DNA of 64,000 nt from Candidatus Bathyarchaeota archaeon (GTDB lineage: Archaea; Thermoproteota; Bathyarchaeia; Bathyarchaeales; DTEX01), in contig JAGTQD010000003.1 of assembly GCA_018396405.1 (NCBI GenBank), positions 61 to 64,060 of the forward strand. The letters are read 5' to 3'. The notes under the pieces were generated by a model. That model was not told the DNA's origin, did no database searches, and saw nothing but the letters and a program-made list of their open reading frames with translations. A program made the position numbers and the translations under genes. Shown here piece by piece: positions 43,298 to 52,519 of the stretch (the first letter of the stretch is position 1; every line of letters begins with the position of its first letter).

Positions 43298-45193
43298 CTA
43301 AATTTTTAAGGTGCTTTCTTTGCCGAGATTTCCCGTAAGATCCAGCTCAACATAAAGTAGGTTTCCATCAACTTTATATCTCATCGGATACCCTGACTTC
43401 TTGAGGATATGCATCATCTTAGTATTATCTATAAGAAGCCATCCAACGAGCGTCTTTATCCCACTACGGGATTTTGCTATCTCTGCTAGATAATTGAATA
43501 AAGTTGTTCCTAAACCCTTATTTTGCCAATCATCCCTCACAACTAAGGAGACCTCCGCCTTTTCTGTTCCTGGTATGCGTGAATAGCTTCCTATGGCCAC
43601 TATGAACTCATTATTGTTCTCGGTCACCGTGCCTACAATGCTCATTTCATTAATATAGTCTATCACGACATAAGGCCATAACCGTTTAAGGGGCATAAGG
43701 TCTAATGATCCAAGAAATCTCCTCTTAACACTCTCTTTCGAGAGAGCGTAAAAAAGATGCTGTTTTAGAGTTGCATCAGAGGGTTTTATAGGTCTAAGCA
43801 GTACCCTTGATCCATCCTTTAATGTGACGTACCGCTTTAGCTCCTCTGGATACTCTACTTCTGGAAAGGGAAGAATCTCCTTTGGAACATAATTATGCTT
43901 TTTTGCCCACTCAAGAAGCTTATTCCTAAACTTTGGATGAGCTATGCTTATTAACGCCAGGGCCCTCTCCCTAATCGTCTTACCCCTAAGATAAGCCACA
44001 CCATACTCTGTAACAACATAATCAACATCACCCCTAGTTAATACGACGCCCGCCCCCTTCGTCAAGAAGTCTTTTATGCGCGAGATCCTCCCATCCTTCG
44101 CTGTTGAGGGCAAAACCGTTATCGCCTTCCCGCCTCTTGACAGCCTTGCTCCCCTAATGAAATCAGCCTGCCCACCCAACCCACTATAAAATTTGTAGCC
44201 GAGTGAGTCGGAGCATACCTGCCCCGTTAAGTCTACTTCGAGGGCCTGATTTATCGCAACCATTTTATCATGCTGGGCAATTATAAACGGATTGTTTACA
44301 TAATCTGATGGATAAAATTCAACCATTGGATTATTATTTATAAAGTCATATAATTTGCGGGTTCCCATCGCGAATGACGCTATTATTTTGCCCCTATTTA
44401 TTGTCTTTTTGGCGCATGTCACCACGCCTTCTTCAACGAGGGGCACAACTCCCTCGGTGAGAAGCTCAGTATGTATTCCAAGATCCTTTTTATCCACCAA
44501 GTAATTTAGGATTGCATCTGGTATGCTCCCTATACCTATCTGTAGTGTCGACTCATCTTCGATTAGGTCAGAAACATACTTTGCAATGCGCTCCGAAACT
44601 ATATCTGGCTCGGAAGGCGGTGCCTCAAGTATAGGTTCATCATGCTCGACAATTATATCAATATCATCCACATGCACGAAGCTATCGCCTAAGACTCTTG
44701 GCATCCTTCTATTAACTTGAGCGATAACTAGCTTTGCCTTTTCAGCAGCGACTTTCGTAACATCCACAGAAACCCCTAGGCTACAGAAGCCATGTTCGTC
44801 TGGCGGTGTCACTTGTATAAGTGCGACATCTATTTGAATTGCCCCGCTTCTTATCAGGTATGGTAAATCTGACAAAAAAGTTGGCGTATAATCGGCTCTC
44901 CCTTCGGCCACCGCCCTACGAGTGTTAATTCCAACAAAGAAAGCGTTCATTCTGAACCTCTCTGAATACCTGGGTTTCGTGTATGGCGCCACCCCAAGAG
45001 TGTGCACGTGGAGTATCTCGTTATTAGCTAGGTGGTCTGCCATCTCAACTAGACCCCTAACTAAGTATTGCGGTTCACCGCAGGCTGAGCCTATAAAAAT
45101 ATGGTCCCCAGGTTTTATGTAACCAAGAGCCTCCTTTAGGCTCATCTTCTTATCATTATACGATCTATCGCGCAGTCTCTCTTTTAGAGACAT
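43298..45193 (-). CDS. Acetyl-CoA hydrolase/CoA-transferase family enzyme (4-hydroxybutyrate CoA-transferase-like) fused to a C-terminal GNAT acetyltransferase domain
   Basis: 631 aa. The N-terminal ~440 aa have CoA-transferase features (IFIGSACGEPQYL, LQIGIGSIPDAIL, LEVDLTGQVCSDS...SGLGGQADF). The C-terminal ~180 aa form a GNAT domain (LLRPIKPSD...VVRDDWQNKGLGTTL). Confidence 0.75.
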   Translation of the reverse strand: MSLKERLRDRSYNDKKMSLKEALGYIKPGDHIFIGSACGEPQYLVRGLVEMADHLANNEILHVHTLGVAPYTKPRYSERFRMNAFFVGINTRRAVAEGRADYTPTFLSDLPYLIRSGAIQIDVALIQVTPPDEHGFCSLGVSVDVTKVAAEKAKLVIAQVNRRMPRVLGDSFVHVDDIDIIVEHDEPILEAPPSEPDIVSERIAKYVSDLIEDESTLQIGIGSIPDAILNYLVDKKDLGIHTELLTEGVVPLVEEGVVTCAKKTINRGKIIASFAMGTRKLYDFINNNPMVEFYPSDYVNNPFIIAQHDKMVAINQALEVDLTGQVCSDSLGYKFYSGLGGQADFIRGARLSRGGKAITVLPSTAKDGRISRIKDFLTKGAGVVLTRGDVDYVVTEYGVAYLRGKTIRERALALISIAHPKFRNKLLEWAKKHNYVPKEILPFPEVEYPEELKRYVTLKDGSRVLLRPIKPSDATLKQHLFYALSKESVKRRFLGSLDLMPLKRLWPYVVIDYINEMSIVGTVTENNNEFIVAIGSYSRIPGTEKAEVSLVVRDDWQNKGLGTTLFNYLAEIAKSRSGIKTLVGWLLIDNTKMMHILKKSGYPMRYKVDGNLLYVELDLTGNLGKESTLKI

Positions 45194-45314
45194 ACTAAAG
45201 ATTACTCCATAGGATTATCCTAAAAGATATAAGTGGATATCGCTAGAATATATGCCTACCTAGCCCACATTATTTATTAGCAGGCTTATAAAGATAATTT
45301 AAAGCGAGAAGAAG

Positions 45315-47429
45315 ATGGAAAGACCTCCTATGAAACTAGATGCTTTCTTTAATCCGAAATCTATTGCTGTCATCGGAGCAAGTAGAGATCCAACTAAGGT
45401 TGGACATAGAGTGCTTAGAAATCTCGTCGAGGGAGGCTTCGGCGGGGCTCTTTACCCAATAAATCCCAACGCCGACGAGATATTAGGACTAAAATGCTAT
45501 AAAAGTGTTAGGGATATCCCAGGTGAGGTTGACTTAGCCGTGATCGTTGTTCCAGCCAGAACTGTGCCATCTGTTTTGGAAGATTGCGGTGCTAGCGGAG
45601 TTAAAGGCGTGGTAGTTATCTCCGCTGGTTTTGGTGAGACTGGTAGGGAGGGAGCACAATTAGAACGCGAGCTCGTCAACATATGCCGAAAATATGGTAT
45701 GCGGATGCAGGGCCCAAACTGCCTAGGTATAATAAGCGTCCAAAGACGCGTGAACGCATCTTTTGCTCCAGCAATGCCATTACCGGGCAACATAGCCTTT
45801 GTTTCTCAAAGCGGGGCTCTTGGAAGCGCGATATTGAATTGGGCTATTAGGAACGAAATCGGTTTCACAAAGTTTATAAGTTTGGGTAATGAGGCTGACT
45901 TAAATGCAGCTGACTTTATAGAGGCTTTAGGGGAGGATGAAGATACAAAGGTTATTGGGCTCTACATTGAGGGGGTTAAAGAGGGAGGACGTTTTATAGA
46001 AGTTGCTAAGAAGGTTTCTAGGAAGAAGCCCATAGTCGCAATAAAAGCTGGGACAACGAGCGCTGGCATGAGAGCAGTCTCATCCCACACTGGTTCTTTA
46101 GCTGGCTCAGACGTCGCCTTCTCAGCAGCTTTCAAGAAAGCTGGGATAATAAGGGTAAATACCCTCGAGGATCTATTCAACCTTGTGCTAGGCTTTGGCC
46201 TCCAGCCACCGCTTAAGGGGAGAAGAATTTTAATAGTAACAAATGGCGGCGGGCCAGGGATATTAGCCACAGATGCTTGCGAAAAATCTAATTTAGAACT
46301 GCCGCTCCTTGAACATGAAATCATAGAAGAGCTACGTAAAAATATGCCCCCGCAAGCCAGCCTAGGAAACCCGATAGATATCTTAGGCGATGCCGATGAA
46401 AAACGCTATAGGCTAGCGATTGAAGCAGGCTTAAAGAGCAATAATATTGATGGAATAATAGTTATTTTAACTCCACAGGCTGTGACACCCTCAGAGAGGA
46501 TTGCTGAAACCTTAGCCGAGATTGGAAGACTCTCAAGCAAACCCATCCTCGCCTCCTTCATGGGATTTGACGAGGGATCAACGATTATCAGAATGCTTAA
46601 GAGGAATAGAATACCAAACTATGCTTTCCCGGAGCAGGCGGCCCACGTCTTTAGAGCGATGTATGAATACACTCTGATACTTAACTCCCCTATTAAAGAG
46701 GAGGTCCCGAAGGTGGAAATAAATGCTGAGAAGATTTTGGAGGTTATTCAGCGCGTAAGATCTGAGGGTCGGTCGGTTCTCACAATAAATGAGGCTATGG
46801 TCATTGCTGATGCGGCTGGGATACCAATGCCGAAGGCAGCGGTCGCCAGAAGCAGAGAGGAGGCTGGCAGATTATCTGATGAGCTGGGTTATCCTGTAGC
46901 GATGAAAATCATTTCGCCAGACATTATACATAAGACAGATGTTGGTGGGGTAATTCTCGGAGTCAAAAGTAGGGCTGAGGCAGAGGAAAATTACGAGTAT
47001 CTTCTTAGGAGGGTGAGGACAGTTATCCCACGCGCAAAGGTCTCTGGCGTGCTAATACAGAAGATGGCGCCACGGGGGAAGGAGGTTATTGTGGGCGCTG
47101 TTAGAGACCCGCAGTTCGGTCCGCTAATAATGTTTGGTTTGGGTGGAATATATGTTGACTTTCTGAGGGATGTCTCCTATGGTCTCTGTCCATTGACTAG
47201 GGCTGAGGCTGCCGAGATGATAGAGGAGACAAAGGCATATGCTCTTCTTAAGGGGGTTAGGGGAGAACCGCCCTCAGACATAGCTTCTATAATAGATGTG
47301 ATGCTTAAGGTATCACAGATAATGATGCAGTTTAAGGATATAATGGAGATGGAGATTAATCCATTGTTTGTTTATGAGAGCGGTGAAGGTTGTCTTGGGG
47401 TCGACGTGAGGATAATTATAAGAATATAA
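45315..47429 (+). CDS. acd: ADP-forming acetyl/acyl-CoA synthetase, fused alpha-beta (ACD)
   Basis: 704 aa. CoA-binding N-terminus FFNPKSIAVIGASRDPTKVG. Succinyl-CoA-ligase-like region with the catalytic-His context SHTGSLAG. C-terminal ATP-grasp (GYPVAMKIISPDIIHKTDVGGV). Confidence 0.85.
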   Translation: MERPPMKLDAFFNPKSIAVIGASRDPTKVGHRVLRNLVEGGFGGALYPINPNADEILGLKCYKSVRDIPGEVDLAVIVVPARTVPSVLEDCGASGVKGVVVISAGFGETGREGAQLERELVNICRKYGMRMQGPNCLGIISVQRRVNASFAPAMPLPGNIAFVSQSGALGSAILNWAIRNEIGFTKFISLGNEADLNAADFIEALGEDEDTKVIGLYIEGVKEGGRFIEVAKKVSRKKPIVAIKAGTTSAGMRAVSSHTGSLAGSDVAFSAAFKKAGIIRVNTLEDLFNLVLGFGLQPPLKGRRILIVTNGGGPGILATDACEKSNLELPLLEHEIIEELRKNMPPQASLGNPIDILGDADEKRYRLAIEAGLKSNNIDGIIVILTPQAVTPSERIAETLAEIGRLSSKPILASFMGFDEGSTIIRMLKRNRIPNYAFPEQAAHVFRAMYEYTLILNSPIKEEVPKVEINAEKILEVIQRVRSEGRSVLTINEAMVIADAAGIPMPKAAVARSREEAGRLSDELGYPVAMKIISPDIIHKTDVGGVILGVKSRAEAEENYEYLLRRVRTVIPRAKVSGVLIQKMAPRGKEVIVGAVRDPQFGPLIMFGLGGIYVDFLRDVSYGLCPLTRAEAAEMIEETKAYALLKGVRGEPPSDIASIIDVMLKVSQIMMQFKDIMEMEINPLFVYESGEGCLGVDVRIIIRI

Positions 47430-47458
47430 TATGGGTTAAAGAATATTTGGGGAAAAAA

Positions 47459-48538
47459 ATGGCTAGAAAGGCGATTTATGTAATCTCTACCGAGGAGCTC
47501 TCTGGTAAAAGCGCCATAACTATAGCCTTAGCGTCGATATTCAAGGAGAAGGGATTAAGTGTAGGATACCTTAAGCCTATAGGAATAAGCTCTTCAATCA
47601 CTCCAGGAAGAGAACTTTATGATGAAGATGTTGAGATAATGAAAACTGTATTAAGATTAGATTATGCTGAGGATGTTATATGCCCCATCCTCCTCAAAAG
47701 TGATGAGTTCCTTGAGGATTTTATTGGGGGCGATACCGGATTATTTATGGAGAGAATAAAAGAGGCTTATAAAAAGATTTCAGAGAAATCTGATGTCGTA
47801 TTACTTGAAAGCCCCAATAATTTTATGGTTGGATCCTTCATAGGGTGCCCTGCTCCAAGGATAGCGAAGGAATTGGGCGCAGATTTAATACTAATTGAGA
47901 TTGCAGAAAATGATTTTGCCATCGATAGTGTGCTTCAGTCTCGAGATATCTGCGAGAAGTGGGGAGCGAATTTATTAGGTGTAATATTTAATAGAGTCCC
48001 AGAAGACAGAATTGAGCGTTTTGGGGGCATAATTAAACCCTTCGTTGAGAAGCATGGCATTAACGTTCTGGGCATAATCCCAGAGGAGAAGGAATTAAAG
48101 GCCCCCACAGTCAGAGAAATATGCGAGTTTATTGGAGGCAGGATTCTAGCAGGAAAGGATGGGCTGGATAATATCGTTGAAGAAATTCTCGTTGGGGCCA
48201 TGACCCCGGAAAGCGCGGCAAAGTATTTCCGTAGAGCTCTTAATGAGGTTGTGATAACTGGTGGCGACAGGACAGATATAATTCTAACTGCTCTTGAGAT
48301 TGGTGTATCAGCAATAATATTGACTGGAAACCTTTACCCGAGCGTTAAAGTCTTTCCAAAGGCGGATCAACTTAGAATCCCACTCCTACTTGTTCCATAC
48401 GACACTTATACAACCCTCCAATACATACAGAGAGTTATTGGTAGGATAAAGCCAAAGGACGCCAGGAGAATAAACGCGGCCATAAATCTAGTTAAGAAGC
48501 ACGTGAACCTAGAAAAAATTATCAATGAGAGACTTTAG
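47459..48538 (+). CDS. Stand-alone Pta-N-terminal-like protein (BioD/CobQ-like P-loop domain plus DRTGG domain)
   Basis: N-terminus IYVISTEELSGKSAITIALA. C-terminus ITGGDRTDIILTALEIGVSAIILTG is a DRTGG motif. No PTA catalytic domain is present. ATG 47459 is preferred because the track start at 47390 overlaps the acd 3' end. Confidence 0.7.
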   Translation: MARKAIYVISTEELSGKSAITIALASIFKEKGLSVGYLKPIGISSSITPGRELYDEDVEIMKTVLRLDYAEDVICPILLKSDEFLEDFIGGDTGLFMERIKEAYKKISEKSDVVLLESPNNFMVGSFIGCPAPRIAKELGADLILIEIAENDFAIDSVLQSRDICEKWGANLLGVIFNRVPEDRIERFGGIIKPFVEKHGINVLGIIPEEKELKAPTVREICEFIGGRILAGKDGLDNIVEEILVGAMTPESAAKYFRRALNEVVITGGDRTDIILTALEIGVSAIILTGNLYPSVKVFPKADQLRIPLLLVPYDTYTTLQYIQRVIGRIKPKDARRINAAINLVKKHVNLEKIINERL

Positions 48539-48639
48539 TTTTCTCAAAAAAGGATTTGCTTATATATTTTCTAGCTCTTAAAGGATAGAGAGATTAAACT
48601 GTGAATGATTGATTACACTATCTATGAGCGTGGTTTAAA

Positions 48640-50415
48640 TTGACTGAATATATTAGACAGCCAATTGTCTGTGTTCTCGGACATGTCGATGTCGGCAAAA
48701 CCACACTTCTAGACCAAATTAGGAAAACAAGCGTTCAAGCCCGCGAAGTCGGAGGGATGACACAACACATCGGCGCAAGCTTCTTCCCAACGGAGACACT
48801 TAAAGAAGTAGCCGGGCCATTCTTAAAGAGAATTGGCGGTGAGATACGGATACCTGGACTTTTAGTCATCGATACTCCTGGCCACGAGGTATTTGCGAAT
48901 CTTAGGCGTAGAGGGGGCAGTATAGCGGATATTGCAATATTAGTTATAGATGTTTTGAAGGGATTTGAGGCGCAGACATACGAGGTTATAGAGATATTGA
49001 AGTCTAGGAAAACTCCGTTCCTCGCCGCGGTGAATAAAATTGATAGAATACCAGGATGGAAGTCTATACCAAATGCAACTTTCTTGGAGACCTATAAGAT
49101 GCAGGAGCCTATGGTCAGGCAGCTTCTTGATGAGCACATTTATAGGATAGCCGGAAAGTTCTCTGAGCTATCCTTTAGGGCTGATAGATTTGATAGAATA
49201 AAGGACTTTACAAAGACTGTCGCGCTCATTCCAGTCAGCGCTAAGACGGGTGAGGGGATACCTGACCTACTAGCAGTCCTAGCTGGCTTAACGCAGCAAT
49301 ACCTGAAAAAGAGACTCATGGTTACCAGTGGACCCGCAAAGGGAACGGTGCTTGAGGTTAAAGAGGAGCCAGGATTGGGTGTGACAATAAATGCAATAAT
49401 TTATGATGGCGTCTTACGTAAGGGCGATATAATAGTTCTTGGGGGGAGAGAAAAGCCCATTGTAACGAATGTTCGGGCTATCCTTATGCCTAAACCGCTC
49501 GATGAGATAAGGGATCCTCGGGAGAAATTTTCTTCTATTGATGAGGTCTCGGCTGCTGCTGGAGTTAAAATCGTTGCCCCGAATCTCGATGAGGCTGTTG
49601 CAGGCGCGCCAATATATGTTGTTCCATCCGAGGATAAGATTAACGAGTATGTCAAGGAGGTTTCTGAGGAAGTTGAGCGCATCAAGATCTTTACCGGAGG
49701 AGATGGTGTAGTCTTAAAGGCTGATGCCCTCGGCTCTCTAGAAGCTATAGCTGAAAGCCTATCTAGAAGTAATATTCCAATAAGATTGGCCGATGTTGGG
49801 GATGTGTCGAAGAGAGATGTCACCGAAGCCCTCATAGTTAAGGAGAAGGAGCCGCTTTATGGCGTAGTCTTAGCATTCAACGTTAAGGTTCTCCCAGATG
49901 CGGCGGAGGAGGCTAAAGCCCACAATGTGCCCATATTTTGGCATAACGTCATTTACCATCTGATCGACGACTATTTAAAGTGGATGAAGCAAGAGAAGGA
50001 GGCGCGAGAGAGAAGCGAGCTTGAGAAGCTAATTAGACCGGCAAAAATAAGGGTTTTACCCGGCTTCGTTTTCAGAAGATCTAAGCCAGCTATAGTTGGC
50101 ATTGAGGTCTTAGCTGGTCAGATTAGGCCGAGGGTGCCGCTTATGACCGCTGAGGGGAAAGAGATAGGTGAGATACTGCAGATCCAGGATAAGGGAGCTT
50201 CGATATCATATGCTGAGAGGGGGAGACAGGTGGCAATATCGATTGATAAGCCGATTGTAGGTAGACACTTCGATGAGGGCGATATACTCTACGTTTATGT
50301 TCCAGAAAACCACATAAGGATACTTAAGACGAAATTCAAGGATAAATTGAGTGAGGACGAAATAGAGACCTTAGAGGAAATCGTTAAAATAATGGAGAAA
50401 GCTCGTTCACCATAA
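48640..50415 (+). CDS. infB: Translation initiation factor aIF5B (IF2 homolog)
   Basis: GTPase motifs VLGHVDVGKTTLLD, DTPGHE and NKID. 591 aa, no intein. Confidence 0.9.
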   Translation: MTEYIRQPIVCVLGHVDVGKTTLLDQIRKTSVQAREVGGMTQHIGASFFPTETLKEVAGPFLKRIGGEIRIPGLLVIDTPGHEVFANLRRRGGSIADIAILVIDVLKGFEAQTYEVIEILKSRKTPFLAAVNKIDRIPGWKSIPNATFLETYKMQEPMVRQLLDEHIYRIAGKFSELSFRADRFDRIKDFTKTVALIPVSAKTGEGIPDLLAVLAGLTQQYLKKRLMVTSGPAKGTVLEVKEEPGLGVTINAIIYDGVLRKGDIIVLGGREKPIVTNVRAILMPKPLDEIRDPREKFSSIDEVSAAAGVKIVAPNLDEAVAGAPIYVVPSEDKINEYVKEVSEEVERIKIFTGGDGVVLKADALGSLEAIAESLSRSNIPIRLADVGDVSKRDVTEALIVKEKEPLYGVVLAFNVKVLPDAAEEAKAHNVPIFWHNVIYHLIDDYLKWMKQEKEARERSELEKLIRPAKIRVLPGFVFRRSKPAIVGIEVLAGQIRPRVPLMTAEGKEIGEILQIQDKGASISYAERGRQVAISIDKPIVGRHFDEGDILYVYVPENHIRILKTKFKDKLSEDEIETLEEIVKIMEKARSP

Positions 50416-50437
50416 GCCTACTAGCAATAATAAAGAA

Positions 50438-51124
50438 TTAGACCCCCCTCGCCCAAATCTTCTCAAATACTCTTTCATATTCTCCGGCGATTTTCTTACT
50501 CCTTATAATAATTATATTCTCATCATTTTCTTCCTCAGCACTTTTTGTCCAATTATAGCTTCCTGTGACAACTATCTCTGAGTCTATTATCATAACTTTA
50601 TTATGCATTAAAGCGGGATTCGTATCATTACGTACTGGTACACCAGTCTCTTTAAGCCTCAGGTACTCGCTATACTCAGTAATCTGCCCCTTTTCAAAGA
50701 CAATCTTAACATCGACCCCGCGTTGATAAGCCCTAATAAGCTCATATCCAATAGAATCAAGTGTAAAGCTGTATATCATTATGTGGATAGATTTGTTAGC
50801 AGACCTTATTAAGTCGATTATAGATTTGGCGCAGCCGCCCCTCGGAGAAAAATATATGCCCAAGACCTCTATCTCAACCTGGCTTTTAAGAATATCGATC
50901 TGTTCTTTGAGGGATCTTATTTCACTATTATAAAGGTTTATCCTTTCATTATACGCTGTTATGTTCCCTTCAAGCCACCTTTGAAGGGTCTCGTTCTCCA
51001 CCTGAAGTTCTTTAACTCGCTCCATCAGCCTATATTCGCCTAAAGAGGACCCGAGAGCAAGCCCAATAAACAGGACAACTACTATAGTGATTAAGTGATG
51101 AAGAGCCTGACGTCTTTTACTCAT
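50438..51124 (-). CDS. PLD-family (single HKD, Nuc-like) nuclease/phosphodiesterase with an N-terminal TM anchor and coiled coil
   Basis: HKD motif MHNKVMIIDSEIVVTGSYNWTKSAEEENDEN. N-terminal hydrophobic LITIVVVLFIGLALGSSL, followed by a heptad-like region. Confidence 0.7.
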   Translation of the reverse strand: MSKRRQALHHLITIVVVLFIGLALGSSLGEYRLMERVKELQVENETLQRWLEGNITAYNERINLYNSEIRSLKEQIDILKSQVEIEVLGIYFSPRGGCAKSIIDLIRSANKSIHIMIYSFTLDSIGYELIRAYQRGVDVKIVFEKGQITEYSEYLRLKETGVPVRNDTNPALMHNKVMIIDSEIVVTGSYNWTKSAEEENDENIIIIRSKKIAGEYERVFEKIWARGV

Positions 51125-51159
51125 GGGACCCCCTCAAAAATTTGGTTTAAAAACTGTTT

Positions 51160-51375
51160 CTATCTACCTCTATAAACTTGTATGAACCTCCTTATCGATC
51201 TATCATATGTCCGCTCAATTTCCGGCGGGAAGTAGCATGCTGGTAATTCGCCATGCAACCTATGGTTAAGTAGGCACTGGCAGCATATCCCTTTAATATC
51301 ACATGGATATGAGCATGGGCAATCCCTTAAGTTTACTTCTATATTCGGACAGGGCTTCCTTGACAACCTAAACAC
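51160..51375 (-). CDS. Small cysteine-rich protein (possibly DUF6485-like)
   Basis: 71 aa with 8 Cys: CPN...CPCSYPCDIKGICCQCLLNHRLHGELPACYFPPEIERTYDRSI. The family assignment is from memory only. Confidence 0.4.
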   Translation of the reverse strand: MFRLSRKPCPNIEVNLRDCPCSYPCDIKGICCQCLLNHRLHGELPACYFPPEIERTYDRSIRRFIQVYRGR

Positions 51376-51472
51376 CCCTTTTATAGCATCATCACTTCAT
51401 TACTATCCCAAATTATTTAACTCTAATGAACAATTAATAGTTAATAGGGAATCAAGGGAGTGGGAGAATTAT

Positions 51473-51847
51473 ATGCCTAGGGTAAGTAGGGACGAGGAGA
51501 TTTTAAGTGTTCTTAAAGAGATCAGAGATCTTTTGGCTCCAAAGCCAGCTCCCCCGCCACCTAAGGGGCTGATCGCGGAATTCAAGAATTTCATATCAAA
51601 GTATAAAGTTATGGGGATGACAGTCGCCTTTGTCATGGGCATATATTTGGGCGCCCTAGTTCAATCGCTCGTAAAAGACTTGCTCATGCCGATAATCGAG
51701 TTTGCGACACCGGGTCTACCATGGGAGCTGATAGTTATTGGACCCTTCCGAGTCGGCAGCTTTTTAGGATCACTCATAACATTCATAATCATAGCATTTG
51801 TGATTTTCTTGATAGTCAAAGTAACTAAAAGATGGGGGATAGAATAA
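51473..51847 (+). CDS. mscL: Large-conductance mechanosensitive channel MscL-like
   Basis: FKNFISKYKVMGMTVAFVMGIYLGALVQSLVKDLLMPII plus a second TM. The size and topology fit MscL. Confidence 0.7.
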   Translation: MPRVSRDEEILSVLKEIRDLLAPKPAPPPPKGLIAEFKNFISKYKVMGMTVAFVMGIYLGALVQSLVKDLLMPIIEFATPGLPWELIVIGPFRVGSFLGSLITFIIIAFVIFLIVKVTKRWGIE

Positions 51848-51911
51848 AACTCAGGCTGCAAGGAACCCAGACAAAACCACCCATCTTTTTTATGTGATAA
51901 AAACAGACTCT

Positions 51912-52451
51912 CTAAATCCTAATGCTCTTAAGAGTCTCTCTAAATATGTTGAATGCTTCGTCGTCGTAGAGGCAAAAGATAATCTTTCTTATAATAGTTC
52001 TACCTTTTACGTATGATATTGCTGCAGGGAGCATTGTTTCGGCGCACATTTTCTTCGGCATCCCAAAGACCCCGGTAGATATTGCTGGAAAGGCTATACT
52101 AGTTACCTTATACTGATCTGCGAGCTTTAAACTATTTATTACTGCATCCCTAAGCTTTCTTTCCTCATCACCCTCTCCATAAACTGGGCCCACCGCATGT
52201 ATAACATATTTAGCCTTGAGGTTTCCGCCACTTGTTATAACAGCCCCACCTACTGGTATAGGTCCCCTCTCAGCAACAATCCTATCGCATTCCTCCTGTA
52301 TTTTCTCCCCGCCCTTTCTTCTTATCGCCCCAGCGACTCCGCCACCCATCTTAAGCATGGTGTTCGCCGCATTAACTATACAGTCAACATCAAGTTCAGT
52401 TATATCGCCCTTAACAAGCTCTATTATGGTCTCACCCACTTTTACCTGCAT
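51912..52451 (-). CDS. Macro-domain protein (ADP-ribose / O-acetyl-ADP-ribose binding or hydrolase)
   Basis: GDITELDVDCIVNAAN...GGGVAGAI...VIHAVGP. ATG 52451 is preferred; the track's 35-aa N-terminal extension is not conserved-looking. Confidence 0.8.
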   Translation of the reverse strand: MQVKVGETIIELVKGDITELDVDCIVNAANTMLKMGGGVAGAIRRKGGEKIQEECDRIVAERGPIPVGGAVITSGGNLKAKYVIHAVGPVYGEGDEERKLRDAVINSLKLADQYKVTSIAFPAISTGVFGMPKKMCAETMLPAAISYVKGRTIIRKIIFCLYDDEAFNIFRETLKSIRI

Positions 52452-52519
52452 AAACGCCACCAATCTAAATTGCCTAAAACATTTATTAAAAATTTTCAAT
52501 AAATTTAGATCGACGAGGA

